Below, one piece after another: positions 48,471 through 59,300 of a stretch of 64,000 nt of DNA. The DNA lies in assembly GCA_963697415.1 (NCBI GenBank), contig CAVONW010000003.1, positions 2,106,706 to 2,170,705 of the forward strand, written 5' to 3'. The position numbers and the translations under genes were made by a program. Each line of letters starts with the position of its first letter. The stretch's first letter is position 1. This DNA is from an uncultured Chloroflexia bacterium. Lineage in GTDB: Bacteria; Chloroflexota; Limnocylindria; Limnocylindrales; CSP1-4. The notes under the pieces were generated by a model, which saw nothing but the letters and a program-made list of their open reading frames with translations, was not told the DNA's origin and made no database searches.

Positions 48471-48923
48471 ATGGCGCTTTGCAAGATCCAGATCATCGGC
48501 AACCTCGGTCGGGACCCCGAGCTTCGGTATACACCGAGCGGCCGTCCGGTTGCGACGTTCAGCGTCGCCGTCAACCAGGCCACGAAGAACCAGCAGACCA
48601 ATGAGTGGGTCGAGGCGACCGACTGGTTTCGGGTGAGCGTGTGGGGTGACCGCGCCGAGCGCGCCGCTGAGAGCCTGCGCAAGGGCAGCCGGGTCTTCGT
48701 CGACGGCCGGTTCCGGACCCGCGAGTACGAGACCAACGATGGCCGCAAGGGCATGTCCCTCGACGTCAGCGCGGATATGGTCATGGGCCTCGACAAGCGC
48801 GACCAGGAGGGCACCTTTGCCGGAGCTCCAGGTGGCGCGGCCGCACCCGGCGGCTCCCCGGGAGGTGCTCCCGGTGGTGGTGGCGGTTTTGACGACACCG
48901 AAATCGATGAACTCCCGTTCTGA
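48471..48923 (+). CDS. ssb: single-stranded DNA-binding protein
   Basis: OB fold (..IIGNLGRDPELRYTPSGRPVATFSVAVNQ..W..V..WG), Gly-rich linker, and acidic tip DDTEIDELPF. Confidence 0.92.
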   Translation: MALCKIQIIGNLGRDPELRYTPSGRPVATFSVAVNQATKNQQTNEWVEATDWFRVSVWGDRAERAAESLRKGSRVFVDGRFRTREYETNDGRKGMSLDVSADMVMGLDKRDQEGTFAGAPGGAAAPGGSPGGAPGGGGGFDDTEIDELPF

Positions 48924-48977
48924 TACCAACCTGACCATCCCGCGCCCAAATCGGGCGCCGCGAGGAGACTGAATTCC

Positions 48978-49244
48978 ATGCCCCCACCTCGTTCTCGCAA
49001 GCGCGACGACTCCTACCGTGACCGACGCCGACGCAAGGTCTGCTCGTTCTGTGCGGACAAGACCGTCCAGATCGACTACAAGGAGGTCAACCGCCTCCGG
49101 CGCTACCTCTCCGAGCGCGCGAAGATCGAACCGCGACGCAAGACAGGCACTTGCGCCGGGCACCAGCGCGAGTTGTCGGTCGCGCTCAAGCGCGCGCGCA
49201 TCGTCGCGCTCCTCCCGTACGCGCCGCAGCACCTGCGCCCCTGA
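48978..49244 (+). CDS. rpsR: 30S ribosomal protein S18
   Basis: ..[55 protein letters not shown]. Confidence 0.9.
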   Translation: MPPPRSRKRDDSYRDRRRRKVCSFCADKTVQIDYKEVNRLRRYLSERAKIEPRRKTGTCAGHQRELSVALKRARIVALLPYAPQHLRP

Positions 49245-49296
49245 CCGGCGGTGATCCCGGCCGGCGCGCGGACCTGGCGTTTGACAGGCTGAAGGC

Positions 49297-50112
49297 GTGT
49301 CGATTGCCATCCTGATGCTCGTCGGTGGCGCCGCGGCGGGCCTGTTCGGGTCCCTGCTCGGCCTGGGCGGGGGTCTTCTCATCGTCCCGCTGCTCACGTT
49401 CGGATTCGGCCTTCCGCTGCGCGAGGCGATCGGCGTGTCGCTCGTGTGCGTCATCGTCACGAGTGGCGCGTCGGCGGCGGTGTTCCTCGAGCGGCGCGTC
49501 GCGAACCTGCGCCTGGGCATGGTTCTCGAGCTGTTCACAGCCATCGGGGCCCTCGTCGGGGGCCTCGTGGCGTTCCTCGTGGATGAGCGCGTGCTCGCGG
49601 GGCTGTTCGCGGTCCTGCTCGTGTACGTCGCCATCTCACTGATCCGGCCGCGTTCGGGCGCGCGGCCCTCTTTCGCCAGCGCCGCGGGTGACGCGGCGGG
49701 ATCGGGGTTCCTCGATCGACTCTCGGGACCGGACTACCGGATCCACCGCCTGGGGCCCGGCCTGGCCGGCAGCATCGTGGCCGGAATCGCCTCGGCGCTC
49801 CTCGGGATCGGCGGCGGGCTGGTCAAGGTTCCGGTCCTCCACCTCATCATGGGTGTGCCCCTGCGAGTCGCGACGGCCACGAGCAACCTGATGATCGGGA
49901 TCACGGCGTCCACGAGTGCCTGGATCTACCTCATACGCGGAGGGATCGATCCGTACGCCACCGGGCCGACAGCGGTCGGCGTCTTCGTCGGCGCCACGAT
50001 CGGCTCGCGGATTGCCCACCGGGTGGACCTGCGGGCACTGCGGCTGTTGTTCACCCTCGTCCTCCTGTACACCGCGATCCAGATGCTCCGACGCGCGCTG
50101 GGGGTCCAGTGA
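49297..50112 (+). CDS. TauE/SafE-family sulfite/anion exporter membrane protein
   Basis: Two internal repeats of ..GLGGGLLIVPLL.. / ..GIGGGLVKVPVL.. and 8 TM helices. Confidence 0.8.
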   Translation: MSIAILMLVGGAAAGLFGSLLGLGGGLLIVPLLTFGFGLPLREAIGVSLVCVIVTSGASAAVFLERRVANLRLGMVLELFTAIGALVGGLVAFLVDERVLAGLFAVLLVYVAISLIRPRSGARPSFASAAGDAAGSGFLDRLSGPDYRIHRLGPGLAGSIVAGIASALLGIGGGLVKVPVLHLIMGVPLRVATATSNLMIGITASTSAWIYLIRGGIDPYATGPTAVGVFVGATIGSRIAHRVDLRALRLLFTLVLLYTAIQMLRRALGVQ

Positions 50113-50489
50113 CGGGCCCGGCCCGGGTGGGCCAGACGACGAGGGCGGCGGGCCTTGAGGGTCGCGTGGCCGGCCTGCTCCGGCTCGGGACCTACGGGGC
50201 CGTTGGGCTCATCATGTGCGGGGTGATCCTCATGCTTGCGAGCGGCCGCTCACCGCTCGACCAGGCGTCGGCGTTCGACCCGGCGCACCTCGTCGACGAC
50301 CTCATCGCGCTTCGGCCAACCGGGTTCCTGTGGCTCGGACTCCTGGTCGTCCTGGCGACCCCCGCAGCCCGCGTCGCGGTGTCCGTCGCGGGCTTTGCCC
50401 GGGCAGCTGAACCGCGCATGGCCGGCGTGGCCGTCCTCGTCCTCGTCGTGATCGGGGCGGGCATCCTGTTCGGCACGGCGGGCGCCTGA
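50109..50489 (+). CDS. DUF1634-like small membrane protein (commonly paired with TauE)
   Basis: GTGA overlap with the TauE stop. Has 3 TM helices, and size and position are typical of this family. Confidence 0.6.
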   Translation: MTGPARVGQTTRAAGLEGRVAGLLRLGTYGAVGLIMCGVILMLASGRSPLDQASAFDPAHLVDDLIALRPTGFLWLGLLVVLATPAARVAVSVAGFARAAEPRMAGVAVLVLVVIGAGILFGTAGA

Positions 50490-50491
50490 TC

Positions 50492-51538
50492 GTGGAGCTG
50501 CTCGTGCTGGCGCTCTCGTTTGTGATCATCCTGGTCGGTGCCGAGCTGTTCACGAACGGGATCGAGTGGTTCGGGCGGAAGCTCGAGCTCGCCGAGGGAG
50601 CCGTCGGTTCGGTGCTCGCAGCCGTCGGCACCGCACTGCCGGAGACGATGATCCCGATCATCGCAATCGGCTTCGCCACCAGCGAGGCGTCCGACGCCAT
50701 CGGGGTGGGAGCGATCCTGGGCGCTCCGTTCATGCTCGCGACGCTCGCCATGTTCGTCACGGGCGTGGCGGTCCTGGTGCAGGCTCGGCGCCGGACCGGG
50801 GGCGACGTCATGCCGGTCGACACCGCCGTCCTCGGGACCGACATGAGGACGTTCGCCGTGGCCTACGCCCTCGCGATCGGAGCGGCCTTCCTGCCATCGG
50901 ATCCCACCTGGCCCAAGCTCGCGGTCGCGGCCCTCCTGCTCCTCATCTACGCGCGCTACGTAAAGCGGCACTTCGAAGCGGACCCGGATGTGGATGTCGA
51001 GGAACTGGCCCCACTCCGGTTTCGTCGCCTGGACCCCGCTCACCGCTGGGACCCGAACGTTCCCCGCCTCCGCGTGGTGAACCTGCAGGTCCTGGCTGCC
51101 CTGGGGTTCATCATCGTCGGGGCGATCGCGTTCGTGGGGTCGGTCGAGCAGATCGCCCACGCGATCGGGGTGGACGAGGTGCTCCTCGCGCTGGTCATCG
51201 CACCGATCGCGACCGAGTTGCCCGAGAAGTTCAACTCGGTCATCTGGGTCCGCCAGGGGAAGGACACCCTGGCCATGGGCAACATCACAGGGGCCATGGT
51301 GTTCCAAGCCAGCATTCCGACGGTCGTGGCGCTCGTCCTTGCTCCCACCAGCTGGGTCATCGCGCCCGGCTCCTACGTCGCGTTCGCATCGGCGGGCATC
51401 GCCTTCCTGTCGAGCGCGGCCATCTTCATCCCCATGCTTCGAACCGGCCGGCTCCGCGGGCGCGGCCTCCTCGTCGGCGGTGTCTTCTACATGGCCTACC
51501 TGGCCCTCGTCATCGTCGCGATCCTCCGCCCGAGCTAG
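50492..51538 (+). CDS. Na+/Ca2+ (CaCA-family) cation antiporter membrane protein
   Basis: Two alpha-repeat signatures (..GTALPETMIPII.. and ..IAPIATELPEKFNSV..GNITGA) and about 10 TM helices. Confidence 0.75.
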   Translation: MELLVLALSFVIILVGAELFTNGIEWFGRKLELAEGAVGSVLAAVGTALPETMIPIIAIGFATSEASDAIGVGAILGAPFMLATLAMFVTGVAVLVQARRRTGGDVMPVDTAVLGTDMRTFAVAYALAIGAAFLPSDPTWPKLAVAALLLLIYARYVKRHFEADPDVDVEELAPLRFRRLDPAHRWDPNVPRLRVVNLQVLAALGFIIVGAIAFVGSVEQIAHAIGVDEVLLALVIAPIATELPEKFNSVIWVRQGKDTLAMGNITGAMVFQASIPTVVALVLAPTSWVIAPGSYVAFASAGIAFLSSAAIFIPMLRTGRLRGRGLLVGGVFYMAYLALVIVAILRPS

Positions 51539-51643
51539 TTGCCGGTCGTGCTGGAAGAGACGCGTGGGCGCCGCGCTATACTCGGGCCCCAAGATCCGCC
51601 GACGTCACGCGGCCTGAGCCGCGATCATCAGGAGTCGCGTCGC

Positions 51644-52630
51644 ATGCTCACCCAGAACACCCCCGCCTCGGCGTCAGCGCCGGCCAGCCCGGCCGCGGCC
51701 CCCGCCCTCGATGACCTCATCTGCTACTTCGAGGGCCAGTTCGTCCAGCAGCGGGATGCGAAGGTCGGCGTAATGACCCATGCGTTCATGTATGGGACGG
51801 CGGTGTTCGAGGGCATCCGGGCGTACTGGAATGCCGAGCAGGGGACTCTCCATGGGTTGTTCCTGCGCGAGCACATGGAGCGCATCCGGCGCAATGCCGG
51901 AATGCTGTTCATGGAGGGCCTGCCGAGCACGGACGAGCTGGTCGCGCTTGTCGTGGAGACAGCCGCCCGCAACGGCTTCCGAGAGGACGCCTACATCCGG
52001 CCATGCTTCTACAAGTCGTCGCGGGCGATCGGTGTGCGTCTCCATCACCTGGAGCACCAGCTCGTGATCTTCGCCGTCCCATTCGGGAACTACATCGATG
52101 TCGACACGGGCGTCCGGCTCATGACCTCGTCCTGGCGGCGGAACGCCGACGATGCCCTGCCGGCGCGCGGCAAGATCGTCGGCGGCTACGTCAACATGGC
52201 CTTCCAGAAGTCCGAGGCGGAGCTCAACGGCTTCGATGAGGCGCTGGTCCTGACGTCAGACGGCCACGCGTCCGAGGCGTCTGCGGCGAACATGTTCGTG
52301 ATCCGGGACGGGATTCTCCTGACGCCGCCCGTCAGCGACGACATCCTCGAGGGTGTGACCCGCAAGGCAATCCTCGAGCTCGCAGCGAGCCAGGGCCTGA
52401 CCGTCGAGATCCGCTCGATCGACCGCTCCGAAATCTACGTCGCCGACGAGATGTTCCTGTGCGGCACGGGAGTCCAGGTCTCGCCGGTCATCGAACTTGA
52501 CCACCGCCCGGTGGGTTCCGGGGAGGCCGGTCCGATCACCCGCCGGATCCGGGAGGCCTATTTCGATGCCGTTCGCGGGCGCACGCCGGCCTTCTCGCAC
52601 TGGGTGACGCCGATCCCCATCGGTGGCTGA
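51644..52630 (+). CDS. ilvE: branched-chain amino acid aminotransferase (class IV PLP aminotransferase)
   Basis: ..HAFMYGTAVFEGIRAY.., ..EASAANMFVIRDGILLTPP...ILEGVTRKAILELA.., and ..EMFLCGTGVQVSPV. GGAG RBS at 51631. Confidence 0.8.
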   Translation: MLTQNTPASASAPASPAAAPALDDLICYFEGQFVQQRDAKVGVMTHAFMYGTAVFEGIRAYWNAEQGTLHGLFLREHMERIRRNAGMLFMEGLPSTDELVALVVETAARNGFREDAYIRPCFYKSSRAIGVRLHHLEHQLVIFAVPFGNYIDVDTGVRLMTSSWRRNADDALPARGKIVGGYVNMAFQKSEAELNGFDEALVLTSDGHASEASAANMFVIRDGILLTPPVSDDILEGVTRKAILELAASQGLTVEIRSIDRSEIYVADEMFLCGTGVQVSPVIELDHRPVGSGEAGPITRRIREAYFDAVRGRTPAFSHWVTPIPIGG

Positions 52631-54362
52631 CACCGCCGAGACCTCTGATCCGGAGGCCGTTCGGGTTCCGCCGGATTCATCACGTGCCAGCGCTCCGGCG
52701 GTCGACAGCACGCCGATTCGCGCGCGGCCGTTCCAGCGCCTGTTGGAGGTCGTGCCCGGCACGGTCACCTGGGGCCTGATCGTCGCCTCGGTCGCCCTGT
52801 CATTCCGATGGCCCCAGATCGTCGCCTGGTTCGTGCTGACGTTTGACGTCTACTGGCTGTACAAGGCGGTGATGCTGACCAGCAGTGTCGTGGCGGCATT
52901 CACGATGATCCGCCGAAACATGGACGCAGACTGGCGGACACGCACCTTCGCGCTGCGTGACGTATCGGGCCGGATCGCCACCCTTGAAGCGCGCATCCCG
53001 GCGATCGAGCGTCGTGTCGAGGAACTCGCCAGCGCCGGTCAGGTGTCCGCAGCGAAAGGCGGCCGGCGTGAACTCGCCCGACTACGCGATGAGCGCAAGG
53101 ACCTCCTCCGGCTGCTTGCCCGGCGTGGCGAGGCGATCCCGAATCCAGACCGGCTGTGGCACGTCGCGCTCGTCCCCACGTACACCGAGCCGTACGAGAA
53201 GCTGTACGAGACGGTCCGCGCGCTCGCCGAGTCAGACTGGCCGTCGGATCGCTTGATGGTTGCGATCATCACCCGCGAGACCGACCAGGCCGGCCGCGCA
53301 AACGTGGCCAGGCTCCAGACGGTCTTCGCCGACCGCTTCCTCCACTTCTTCCATATCCTCGACCCACTGGAACCAGGGGTCGTGGTGGGCAAGAGCAGCG
53401 CCATGGCCTATGGCGGGCGGTGGTTGTATCGCGAGATGGTTCGCCTCGGCTTCAATCCGCGCGAGGTGATCGTCACAGACCTGGACTCGGACTACCGGGT
53501 CCATCGGCGCTACTTCGGCTACGTCAGCTGGGCGTTCCTCACGAATCCGGATCGCTTTCGCCGGCTGTACCAGCCGGTCCCGATGTTCCACAACAACCTG
53601 TGGGAGACGCCGCTGCCGGTGCGCCTCGTGGCGATCGGGGCTACCCACGTCCAGATGTGGCGGTCGCTCACACCGGAGAAGCTGGTCAGCTTCTCGTCCT
53701 ACTCAGTCAGCCTGCAGACCGTCCACGAGGTCGACTACTGGGCCACTGACGCGATCGCGGAGGACAGCCGCTTCTACTGGAAGTCGTTCTTCCGCTACAG
53801 CGGCGAGTTCCACTCGATCCCGCTGTTCATGCCGATCTACGGCGACGCGGTCCGGGCGCGCTCCTATCCCCGGTCTCTCATCCAGCAGTACACCCAGATC
53901 AGGCGCTGGGCCTGGGGTGTGACGGACATTCCGTACTACATCCGGAATGCCTTTGCGCACTCGGAGATCCCGCGGATGATCCGGATTCGCCGCCTGCTCG
54001 ATCTATGGCTGGATCACCTCAACTGGGCGATCGCGCCATTCGTGATCATCTTCGGGTCCAATCTGCCGCTCATCATCAATCCGGCTTTCGCCGAAACCAC
54101 GCTCGGACAGAACCTGCCGCTGTATGCGTCCTGGCTGCTGACGGGCGCATTCGCCTGCCTGGTGGTGCTCATGTACGTGGAGGAACGCCTGGCGCCCCCA
54201 CGGCCGGTCAGCTGGGGCCTCATGCACAACGTCGTCAGCCGTATTCAGTGGCTGCTGCTGCCGGTCGTGGGTCTCCTGTTCTCGAACCTGCCGGCGCTCG
54301 ACGCCCAGACTCGCCTGATGGCCGGCAAGTACCTGGAGTACCGGGTCACCGAGAAGGCCTGA
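52623..54362 (+). CDS. GT2-family processive glycosyltransferase-like membrane protein (cellulose-synthase-like; D,D,ED,QxxRW motifs)
   Basis: ..TDLDSDY.., ..AEDSRF.., and QQYTQIRRWAWG (QxxRW). N-terminal TM plus coiled-coil segment and C-terminal TM helices. Confidence 0.7.
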   Translation: MADTAETSDPEAVRVPPDSSRASAPAVDSTPIRARPFQRLLEVVPGTVTWGLIVASVALSFRWPQIVAWFVLTFDVYWLYKAVMLTSSVVAAFTMIRRNMDADWRTRTFALRDVSGRIATLEARIPAIERRVEELASAGQVSAAKGGRRELARLRDERKDLLRLLARRGEAIPNPDRLWHVALVPTYTEPYEKLYETVRALAESDWPSDRLMVAIITRETDQAGRANVARLQTVFADRFLHFFHILDPLEPGVVVGKSSAMAYGGRWLYREMVRLGFNPREVIVTDLDSDYRVHRRYFGYVSWAFLTNPDRFRRLYQPVPMFHNNLWETPLPVRLVAIGATHVQMWRSLTPEKLVSFSSYSVSLQTVHEVDYWATDAIAEDSRFYWKSFFRYSGEFHSIPLFMPIYGDAVRARSYPRSLIQQYTQIRRWAWGVTDIPYYIRNAFAHSEIPRMIRIRRLLDLWLDHLNWAIAPFVIIFGSNLPLIINPAFAETTLGQNLPLYASWLLTGAFACLVVLMYVEERLAPPRPVSWGLMHNVVSRIQWLLLPVVGLLFSNLPALDAQTRLMAGKYLEYRVTEKA

Positions 54363-54421
54363 TCGAGCCGGCGGCCGCCGATGCGCCAGTGGCCAGGTGC
54401 CGGCGGCCTGGCTGTCCTGGG

Positions 54422-56233
54422 CTACGGGATCGGCGGTGCGGTGACGGCCGGTGTTGCGGCTCCCGTGATGATCACGATGTCCGCCGTGGCCGACGGATCG
54501 CTGACGAGATCCGCAGTCACGCCGAACACGCCTTCGAGCGTGGCCACGGTGAGCGACATGGAAGCCTCAGCGCCGTTGTAGACCCGGATCGTCGTGTCCG
54601 CGAGCCCCTTGACATCGGGCTTCAGGCCCGGCGCTGACGCGGCGATCCCGAGGTACTCGAGGTAGTCCGCAATCCGGGTCGCCTCGCCCGTCCTGCTTGT
54701 GCCGTTCAGCACGTACACCGAGGCGCCTTCGGTGGCGAGCTGGTCCCGTCGATCTGCCACGGCCGGATCGGCGGAGAACGCGTCGCGAATCCCGGCCCGG
54801 ATCCGATCGAGGTTGGGAACGATGATGTAGCCGCGAGGGCTGTCCAGATACTCCGTCTGGTAGTAGGGCGGCGTGAAGATGAAGGAACTCACGCTCCGGG
54901 ACGAGATGGCCCCGGCCAGGCCGAGGAGGCGCGGGAAGATCTCGCGCGGAATGTCCGTCCGGATGGACGAGGAGAGTGCCCCGGCCAGCGCATCCACATG
55001 TGGCAGGACTCGGGCGACATCCAGCTGCTGCCGGAGCGAGACGAGCACCCGCTGCTGGCGCGCCCCCCGGTCGAAGTCACTCGATCCATGGCGCGAGCGG
55101 GCGTAGACGAGCGCATCGGCGCCCGTCATGTACTGCATCCCGGACGGGATGTAGACGCGCTGGAGGGCCCCGCCGCCGGCCGGATAGCGGTCATCGACCA
55201 CGGGAACCTGGACGTTGACCGTGACGCCGCCAAGGGCGTCCACGATCTTCTCGAAGCCTTCGAAATTGACCTCGACATAGTAGTTGATGTCGATGCCGTA
55301 GAGCTCACCGAGGATGGCCTTCAGGCCCGTGTAGCCGCGCGTCCGATCCGAGCCCGGAAACAGATCCGGTCGGTTCTGGATGGCCGCGAACCAGGCGTTG
55401 ATCTTGCCGGCGTACACGCGACCGAAGACCTTGCGTGCCGGACCGTCGGGGATCGGAACATCCACGGTATCGCGCGGCAGCTGGAACATGGCAACCTGGT
55501 TCGTGGCCGGGTCGATCGACACGGTGATCATCGTGTCCGTGTTGTGGCCGCCGCCCTGCTCGTCGGCACCGATCAGGAGGATGTTCAGGCGTTCGGTCCC
55601 GCTCCAGACGGGGATGCTGGCGGATGGGACCGGCTGTCCCACCGCGCCCGGCTCAAGCGTCGGAGCGCCGTCCGTCGGTTCTCCAGACGGGTTCGCCGAT
55701 GCCGCCGGTCCGGAGGTGCAGTCGGTCGCCTCGGGATCGAAGATGCAGGCCGTGGTCGTGGCGAGGAGCACGTCGTAGCGAGCGACCGCGACGTGGATGG
55801 TGGCCATGACCAGCAGGACTGCAACGAGACCGGCGACCGAGGTGACACGCCAGGTCGCGGCGCCGGGTCGCCCAGCCGGTCTGCCGTCCGCCACGCCGAA
55901 CCGCCTGCCGGTCATCTCCGTCTCCTGAAGCCAGCCGGCGATACGCCAGGCGTCCACGATCGCGGCGGCTCGATAGGCGAGGGCGATGAGGTTCACCACG
56001 AAGACGCCGGCGATGAACCACTCCTGGATCGCGACACCGGCGAGCGCGAACAGGTCCAGCCGGATGGCGATCCCGGCGATGAGGGCCCCGATGAGGATCG
56101 GCGGTGCCGCGAACCCGAGCGCCCGCCGCGAGGCACCCAGGTAGGCGTGGCCGAGGCCGGGGAAAAGGAGCGAGAGGAATGCCGCGACGAAGGCCGAGCG
56201 TCGGCGCGGACGCATCTCGTGCGCGGACTGCAT
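54422..56233 (-). CDS. LytR-CpsA-Psr (LCP) family cell-wall glycopolymer ligase, membrane-anchored
   Basis: The LCP catalytic domain (..LNILLIGADEQGGGHNTDTMITVSID...FQLPRDT...YVEVNFEGFEKIVDALGGVTVNV...RSRHGSSDFDRGARQQRVL) is preceded by TM helices and followed by a C-terminal LytR_C-like region. Start was set to ATG 56233 (MQSAHE..), not the ORF-track 56485. Confidence 0.85.
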   Translation of the reverse strand: MQSAHEMRPRRRSAFVAAFLSLLFPGLGHAYLGASRRALGFAAPPILIGALIAGIAIRLDLFALAGVAIQEWFIAGVFVVNLIALAYRAAAIVDAWRIAGWLQETEMTGRRFGVADGRPAGRPGAATWRVTSVAGLVAVLLVMATIHVAVARYDVLLATTTACIFDPEATDCTSGPAASANPSGEPTDGAPTLEPGAVGQPVPSASIPVWSGTERLNILLIGADEQGGGHNTDTMITVSIDPATNQVAMFQLPRDTVDVPIPDGPARKVFGRVYAGKINAWFAAIQNRPDLFPGSDRTRGYTGLKAILGELYGIDINYYVEVNFEGFEKIVDALGGVTVNVQVPVVDDRYPAGGGALQRVYIPSGMQYMTGADALVYARSRHGSSDFDRGARQQRVLVSLRQQLDVARVLPHVDALAGALSSSIRTDIPREIFPRLLGLAGAISSRSVSSFIFTPPYYQTEYLDSPRGYIIVPNLDRIRAGIRDAFSADPAVADRRDQLATEGASVYVLNGTSRTGEATRIADYLEYLGIAASAPGLKPDVKGLADTTIRVYNGAEASMSLTVATLEGVFGVTADLVSDPSATADIVIITGAATPAVTAPPIP

Positions 56234-56369
56234 CGCGGGTAGGATACTCGGGCCCGACGTTGACCGTGCCCGGGTGGATCGGCGACCGTGCCGACACCAC
56301 GCGGTTCGCCCTACCACCTCGCGAGGCCCGATGTTCCGACCCGTTCCAGCACGCCCGGATCTCGTCACG

Positions 56370-59300
56370 ATGGAGCACGAGATCCTCGCTTTCTGGCGGG
56401 AGCGCGGTACGTTCGCCCAGTTGCGCGCACAGAACGCGGGCGGGCCGCACTGGAGCTTCCTCGACGGCCCGATCACGGCGAACAATCCGATGGGCGTCCA
56501 TCACGCCTGGGGCCGGGCCTACAAGGACGTGTTCCAGCGTTTCCACGCAATGCTCGGCGAGGCGGAGCGCTGGCAGAACGGCTTCGACTGTCAGGGCTTG
56601 TGGGTCGAGGTCAACGTGGAGCGCGACCTGGGGTTCACCTCCAAGCGTGACATCGAGGCGTACGGCATCGCGGAGTTCGTGAGCCTGTGCAAGCAACGGG
56701 TGCTGACCTTCGCCGCTCGCCAGACCGAGCAGTCGATCCGGCTCGGCTACTGGATGGACTGGAACGATCCCGACGAGCTCCGCCGGCTGCGAGACCTCCT
56801 GGCCGCCGATCCATCGCAGGCCGTGACCGTGGAGGGGCCTGGGGGACCCGTGACCGATACCGTCGAGATGATCGTCGGGCGGCTCGGGATGCCGGAGCTT
56901 GGTGGCAGCTACTTCACGTTCAGCAACGAGAACAACGACCTGATCTGGGGTTTCCTGGCCGAGTGCCATCGACGAGGCTGGGTCTACAAGGGCCACGACA
57001 CGATGCCCTGGTGCGCGCGCTGCGGGACGGGGCTATCGCAGACCGAGGTCAACGAGGGGTACCAGGACCGCGACGACCCTGGTCTGACGGTCCGGTTCCC
57101 GCTGCTCGATCGACCCGGGGAGTCCCTCCTCGTATGGACCACCACGCCGTGGACGCTGACGTCGAACGTCGCGGCTGCGGTCGGGACGGACCTGCTCTAC
57201 GTCCAGGTTCGACAGGGGAGCGACACGTTCTGGCTGGGCAAAGGCACGGTCAAGACCGCGCTCAAAGGTCCCTTCGAGGTCGTCGACGAGCGTCCAGGCA
57301 GCGACCTCGTCGGCTGGCGTTACGCTGGCCCGTTCGACGCACTGCCGGCGGTCCAGGCTGCGTTCGCCGAGGGATCGAAGCCGGAGTCGGGCACGCCCTA
57401 CGAGCACCGCGTGGTCGCCTGGTCAGAAGTCGGCGAGGAGGAGGGGACCGGGATCGTCCACGTCGCGCCGGGTTGCGGGGCCGAGGACCACGTCCTGGGC
57501 AAGTCCCTGGGGCTGCCGATCATCGCCCCCCTCGATGAGGCGGGCATCTTCCTGGAGGGATTCGGTTCACTGACCGGCCGCGACGTCCGGGACGTGACCG
57601 AGCCGATCATTGAGCATCTTCGGCGCGAGGGCCAATTCCAGCGCCTCGAAACCATCAACCATCGCTACCCGCACTGCTGGCGGTGCGGGACCGCGCTGGT
57701 GTTTCGCCTCGTCGACGAGTGGTACATCAGCATGGGCGAGGTCTATGACCAGCCTCGCGAGACGCTGACGAAGGAGCAGGTGGATCGCAGCCTGCGCTAC
57801 CAGATCATGGAGGTCGTCGACGGGATCCGGTGGATCCCGGGGTTCGGGTATGAGCGGGAGCTGGACTGGCTCCTGAACATGCATGACTGGATGATCAGCA
57901 AGAAGCGCTACTGGGGATTGGCCCTGCCGATCTACGAGTGCTCCTCGTGCAAGACCTTCGATGTCGTCGGTGGCCGGGCCGAGTTGCGGGACCGAGCGGT
58001 CGCGGGCTGGGAGCGCTTCGAGGGCCATACGCCGCACCGGCCCTTCGTCGACGAGGTGGCCATCGCCTGCTCGAGGTGTGGCGGCGAGATCCGTCGCATT
58101 CTCGACGTGGGCAACCCGTGGCTCGACGCAGGGATCGTGCCGTTCTCGACCCTGCACTTCCGGGAAGACCCCGACTACTGGGCCCAGTGGTTCCCGGCCG
58201 ACTTCATCACCGAGAGTTTCCCCGGCCAGTTCAGGAACTGGTTCTACGCGATGCTGGCGATGAGCACGGTCCTGCGACGCGAGGCCCCGTTCAAGACGAT
58301 CTTCGGCTACGCCACGTTGTTCGCCGAGGACGGGCGGGCCATGCACAAGTCGTGGGGCAACGCCATCGAGTTCGACGAGGCCGCCGAGCGCATGGGCGTC
58401 GATGTCATGCGCTGGCTGTACATGTCGTCGCGGCCGGACGACAACATCCTGTTCGGCTGGCACGCCGCCGATGAGGCCCGCCGGCGGCTCCTCATCCTGT
58501 GGAACGTCTACGCCTTCTTCGTGACCTACGCCCGGCTCTGCGGCTGGATGCCGGGACGGGACGATCCGCCACCCGCCGAGCGTTCGCCGATGGACCGCTG
58601 GATCCTGTCGCGAAGCGCGGGGCTCGCGGTTGCGGTCGAGGAGCGCCTGCGTGACTTCGACGCGCTGACCGCAACGCGGCTCATCGATACCTTCATTGAC
58701 GATCTCTCAACCTGGTACCTGCGACTCTCGAGGAAGCGGTTCTCGCGAGGAACCGGCTCCGATCGAGCGGCCGCGTTCGCTACCCTTCATACCGCGCTCC
58801 TGACGGTCGCCCGGGTCGCGGCGCCGATCCTCCCGTTCGTGGCCGAGGAGCTGTACGGCAACCTCGTCGGCGGGATCGACGCGAGCGCACCGCACTCGGT
58901 GCACCTGACCCGCTTCCCGAGCGCGGAGCTAGCCTCGCTCCGGTCCGAACGCCTCGAGTCGGCGATGACGATCGCGCGCCGGGCCGTGGACCTGGCGCGA
59001 ACGCTCCGGGGGAGCGCCAACCTCAAGGTCCGCCAGCCCCTGGCCCGGCTGTGGCTGGCCTTGCCGGGCGGCGACCTTCATGAGCTCGAGGCACTCGTCG
59101 CGCTCATTGCCGACGAGGTGAACGTGAAGCACGTCGAGTTGATCGGCGATGACTCCGGGCTGGTTGAACGACGGGTGAAGGTCCTCCTCCCGAAAGTCGG
59201 CAAGCGGCTCGGCCCGGCCATTCCGGCGGTCATGGTCGCGGCCCGGGACGGCACCGCCGAGATCCGGTCCGATGGGTCGGTTGCGCTCGCGGGTGTCGTC

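Noticed and set aside
54363-54421. Direct GCCGGCGGCC repeat between the convergent GT2 and LCP genes as a bidirectional terminator
   Set aside because: No convincing stem-loop or T-tract is present; the sequence is compatible with GC-rich intergenic DNA.
56234-56369. Possible T-box riboswitch leader upstream of ileS
   Set aside because: Only about 100-135 nt separate the divergent LCP start and the ileS start, far shorter than a T-box leader of about 250 nt. No AGGGTGGNACCGCG T-box motif is present on the + strand. The GGTGGTAGGG-like string is on the wrong strand.
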